From IMG/VR virus record IMGVR_UViG_3300029184_000028: DNA of 8,176 nucleotides, one strand, 5' to 3'. A program made the translations under genes and the position numbers. This document shows, in pieces, positions 6,767-8,176 of this stretch (position 1 is its first letter; each line of letters begins with the position of its first letter). The notes under the pieces were generated by a model. That model worked only from the letters and a program-made list of their open reading frames with translations. It was not told the origin of the DNA and did no database searches. The stretch is from a virus. Lineage: Duplodnaviria; Heunggongvirae; Uroviricota; Caudoviricetes.

Positions 6767-7708
6767 TTAAGTTAATTTTAATGAATGGTACTCTATCGAG
6801 CTGATTGTAGATGCGATATATTTACGATCATTTACAGAGAGTATTGCCGCTAGTAGACGACATACCAGAGCCTGCATTTGTAGCAATATATCGCTACCAT
6901 ATTGACAATCATTGATACTAGAGAAACCAAGCGGTTGCCCATTAAAAATGGCTTCATGAAAATTATCATTGCGTATAACTGAAACATTACATTCATCTGT
7001 TGCCCATGACGGGATTTTTACACCGTAATTTTCGCACATCCAATATACTCTATTTTGATGAGATGGTTTTTTCTCTTTAATGACTTTATCCCTTTCATCC
7101 CATGCTATAGCAAAACAGCAATCAAGAGCCATATAAAGATACTGGAATTTCTCAAAGGAAAGGTATAGTGGGTTATGTGATAGGAATAGGGAGTGTATCA
7201 CCGCAGCTATTCTTTTAATGGAGCGATCATCTTTTTGTTTGTCTTTTATATAGTTAAGTGCTAGCTCTATTACTTCTTTTTCAGAGCATCCAATGAGAAT
7301 AAAGTCAGTTAACTTAGTGGGCTTGATAGTGGTTGCATCAAGAAAACCAGCGTCAGTGGTTGTCAATCTTATACCCTTGAAAAAAGAGAGGCACCACACA
7401 ACAAAGTTGAGAGTTTCTAACGAGGATGTGTTTTTTAATTTTAGTGTGTGCGTTTTGGGCATGCCGAATACTCGGTAACTATAAGGCATTGTGCATGTGT
7501 CACCATTAAGGTTATATACCTTTCGATTCCCAGGGTATATCCAACCATTAACAACGTTTTTATCATTGTTAATACGTTCCACTTTCTCAATAAGACCGGG
7601 TAAAGTACGCAAAGAAAATTGTTCAGTCTCAATGTTAACTTCTACTGGATAGTATCCAAACTCCGAAATAATCTCATTTGGTTGCTGTTCATCAACTTCA
7701 CCTTGCAT
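6767..7708 (-). CDS. Hypothetical 313-aa protein; candidate anti-phage defence / abortive-infection cargo at the P2 variable locus
   Basis: Uninterrupted 942-nt ORF with ATG (7706-7708) preceded by GGAG at spacing 6. Antisense to the early operon and convergent with it. Markedly AT-rich relative to the A gene (by eye, roughly mid-30s % GC against low-to-mid 50s). No TM segment, Walker A or other motif I can assign. Lies in the interval between the replication genes and cos. Confidence 0.8.
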   Translation of the reverse strand: MQGEVDEQQPNEIISEFGYYPVEVNIETEQFSLRTLPGLIEKVERINNDKNVVNGWIYPGNRKVYNLNGDTCTMPYSYRVFGMPKTHTLKLKNTSSLETLNFVVWCLSFFKGIRLTTTDAGFLDATTIKPTKLTDFILIGCSEKEVIELALNYIKDKQKDDRSIKRIAAVIHSLFLSHNPLYLSFEKFQYLYMALDCCFAIAWDERDKVIKEKKPSHQNRVYWMCENYGVKIPSWATDECNVSVIRNDNFHEAIFNGQPLGFSSINDCQYGSDILLQMQALVCRLLAAILSVNDRKYIASTISSIEYHSLKLT

Positions 7709-7730
7709 AACTTTCTCCGTTCAAAAACAG

Positions 7731-7800
7731 GCACGATAATTCTCGTAAGCCTATCATGTTCGCAAAGTATCCATACCTGTGGATTTTGTAAATTTAAGTT
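7731..7800 (-). promoter_or_regulatory. Putative promoter region for the 313-aa cargo gene
   Basis: Minus-strand candidates: TTGCGA - 18 nt - AATTAT, or TTTACA - 17 nt - TACTTT, upstream of the RBS. Neither is a strong consensus match. Confidence 0.3.
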
Positions 7801-7946
7801 GATTTATCATTAAATAAGCCGTTGCATGCAACAAGTGAATGTTTTTGCATGCGTCGGGGATGTCCGTTCAGGCTGCGTGCAGTCAGGACTGGTGCGGATC
7901 CATAGTATCTATGCAACTGCATTAAAACCGCCCCATGAAGCGGGCG

Positions 7947-7965
7947 GGCGAGGCGGGGAAAGCAC
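7947..7965. other. cos site: 19-nt P2/P4-type cohesive end GGCGAGGCGGGGAAAGCAC
   Basis: Exact match to the 19-nt cohesive-end sequence I recall for P2/P4/186. It is flanked on the right by G/T-rich repeats, as expected for a terminase recognition region. Confidence 0.7.
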
Positions 7966-8107
7966 TGCGCGCTGGCGGTGGTGCTGATTTTATTTTTTCA
8001 GCGTCTGAGCGCGTCGTGATGGCGTTTAGATTGTGCGCCGGGGCGTTGGTGTGTCTGCGGGGTGTTTTGTGCGGTGGTGAGCGTGTGAGGGCGTGATGAC
8101 GGGATGT

Positions 8108-8129
8108 AAAAAAGCCGCCCGCAGGCGGC
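8108..8129 (-). terminator. Rho-independent terminator for a leftward late transcript
   Basis: Read on the minus strand: GC stem GCCGCC (8124-8129 complement) / GGCGGC (8114-8119 complement) with a 4-nt loop, followed by a run of six T (plus-strand A-run 8108-8113). Sits just downstream of a minus-strand stop codon at 8135-8137. Confidence 0.7.
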
Positions 8130-8134
8130 GATGT

Positions 8135-8176
8135 TCAGCCGTTGTCAGTGTCCAGTGAGTAGTTTTTAAAGCGGAT
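8135..8176 (-). CDS. 3' end (13 codons + stop) of a leftward late gene continuing beyond the window; by P2 synteny the portal gene Q
   Basis: Minus-strand frame open from the window edge to TGA (complement of 8135-8137), reading ...IRFKNYSLDTDNG*, immediately followed by the intrinsic terminator. Identity as Q is inferred from P2 genome order only. Confidence 0.3.
   Translation of the reverse strand: MRFKNYSLDTDNG

Noticed and set aside
6767-7708. Assignment of the cargo protein to Old-type ATPase, reverse transcriptase (retron/AbiP2-like) or a membrane effector
   Set aside because: No Walker A (GxxxxGK[ST]), no YxDD motif and no hydrophobic stretch long enough for a TM helix, so the family is left unassigned.
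7293-7813. Plus-strand ORFs 7293-7478, 7619-7813 and minus-strand 7441-7632
   Set aside because: Nested in or antisense to the 313-aa cargo gene, or spanning its promoter. AT-rich, low-complexity translations.
1-8176. CRISPR arrays, insertion sequences or transposase genes
   Set aside because: No regularly spaced repeat-spacer array and no transposase-like ORF or terminal inverted repeats. The only repeats are short regulatory or cos-associated ones.

Overview
This window reads as the early/replication arm of a P2-like (Peduovirus-type) temperate phage or prophage, running from the integrase end to the cos site. Leftward genes are a tyrosine integrase (146-1141) and a small HTH immunity repressor (1235-1534). 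A short switch region (1553-1627) separates them from a rightward, translationally coupled early operon: Cox-like regulator, B-like replication protein, three small ORFs, a TraR/DksA zinc-finger protein (interrupted by 17 N) and the large HUH rolling-circle initiator A (3750-6056), which appears to carry the origin inside its own coding sequence. Downstream of A lie a DUF3850/ASCH-like gene and a small coupled ORF. The most interesting feature is a 313-aa gene on the opposite strand (6767-7708): it is AT-rich, has its own RBS, and sits where P2-like phages are known to carry variable anti-phage cargo (between the replication genes and cos). I could not assign it to any family from sequence alone, so it is a candidate single-gene defence/abortive-infection system, not a demonstrated one. 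The window ends with the 19-nt P2/P4-type cohesive end (7947-7965), G/T-rich repeats to its right, and an intrinsic terminator closing a leftward late gene that continues beyond the window. No rRNA, tRNA, CRISPR array or transposase was found. All homology statements are from memory and motif reading; no searches were run.
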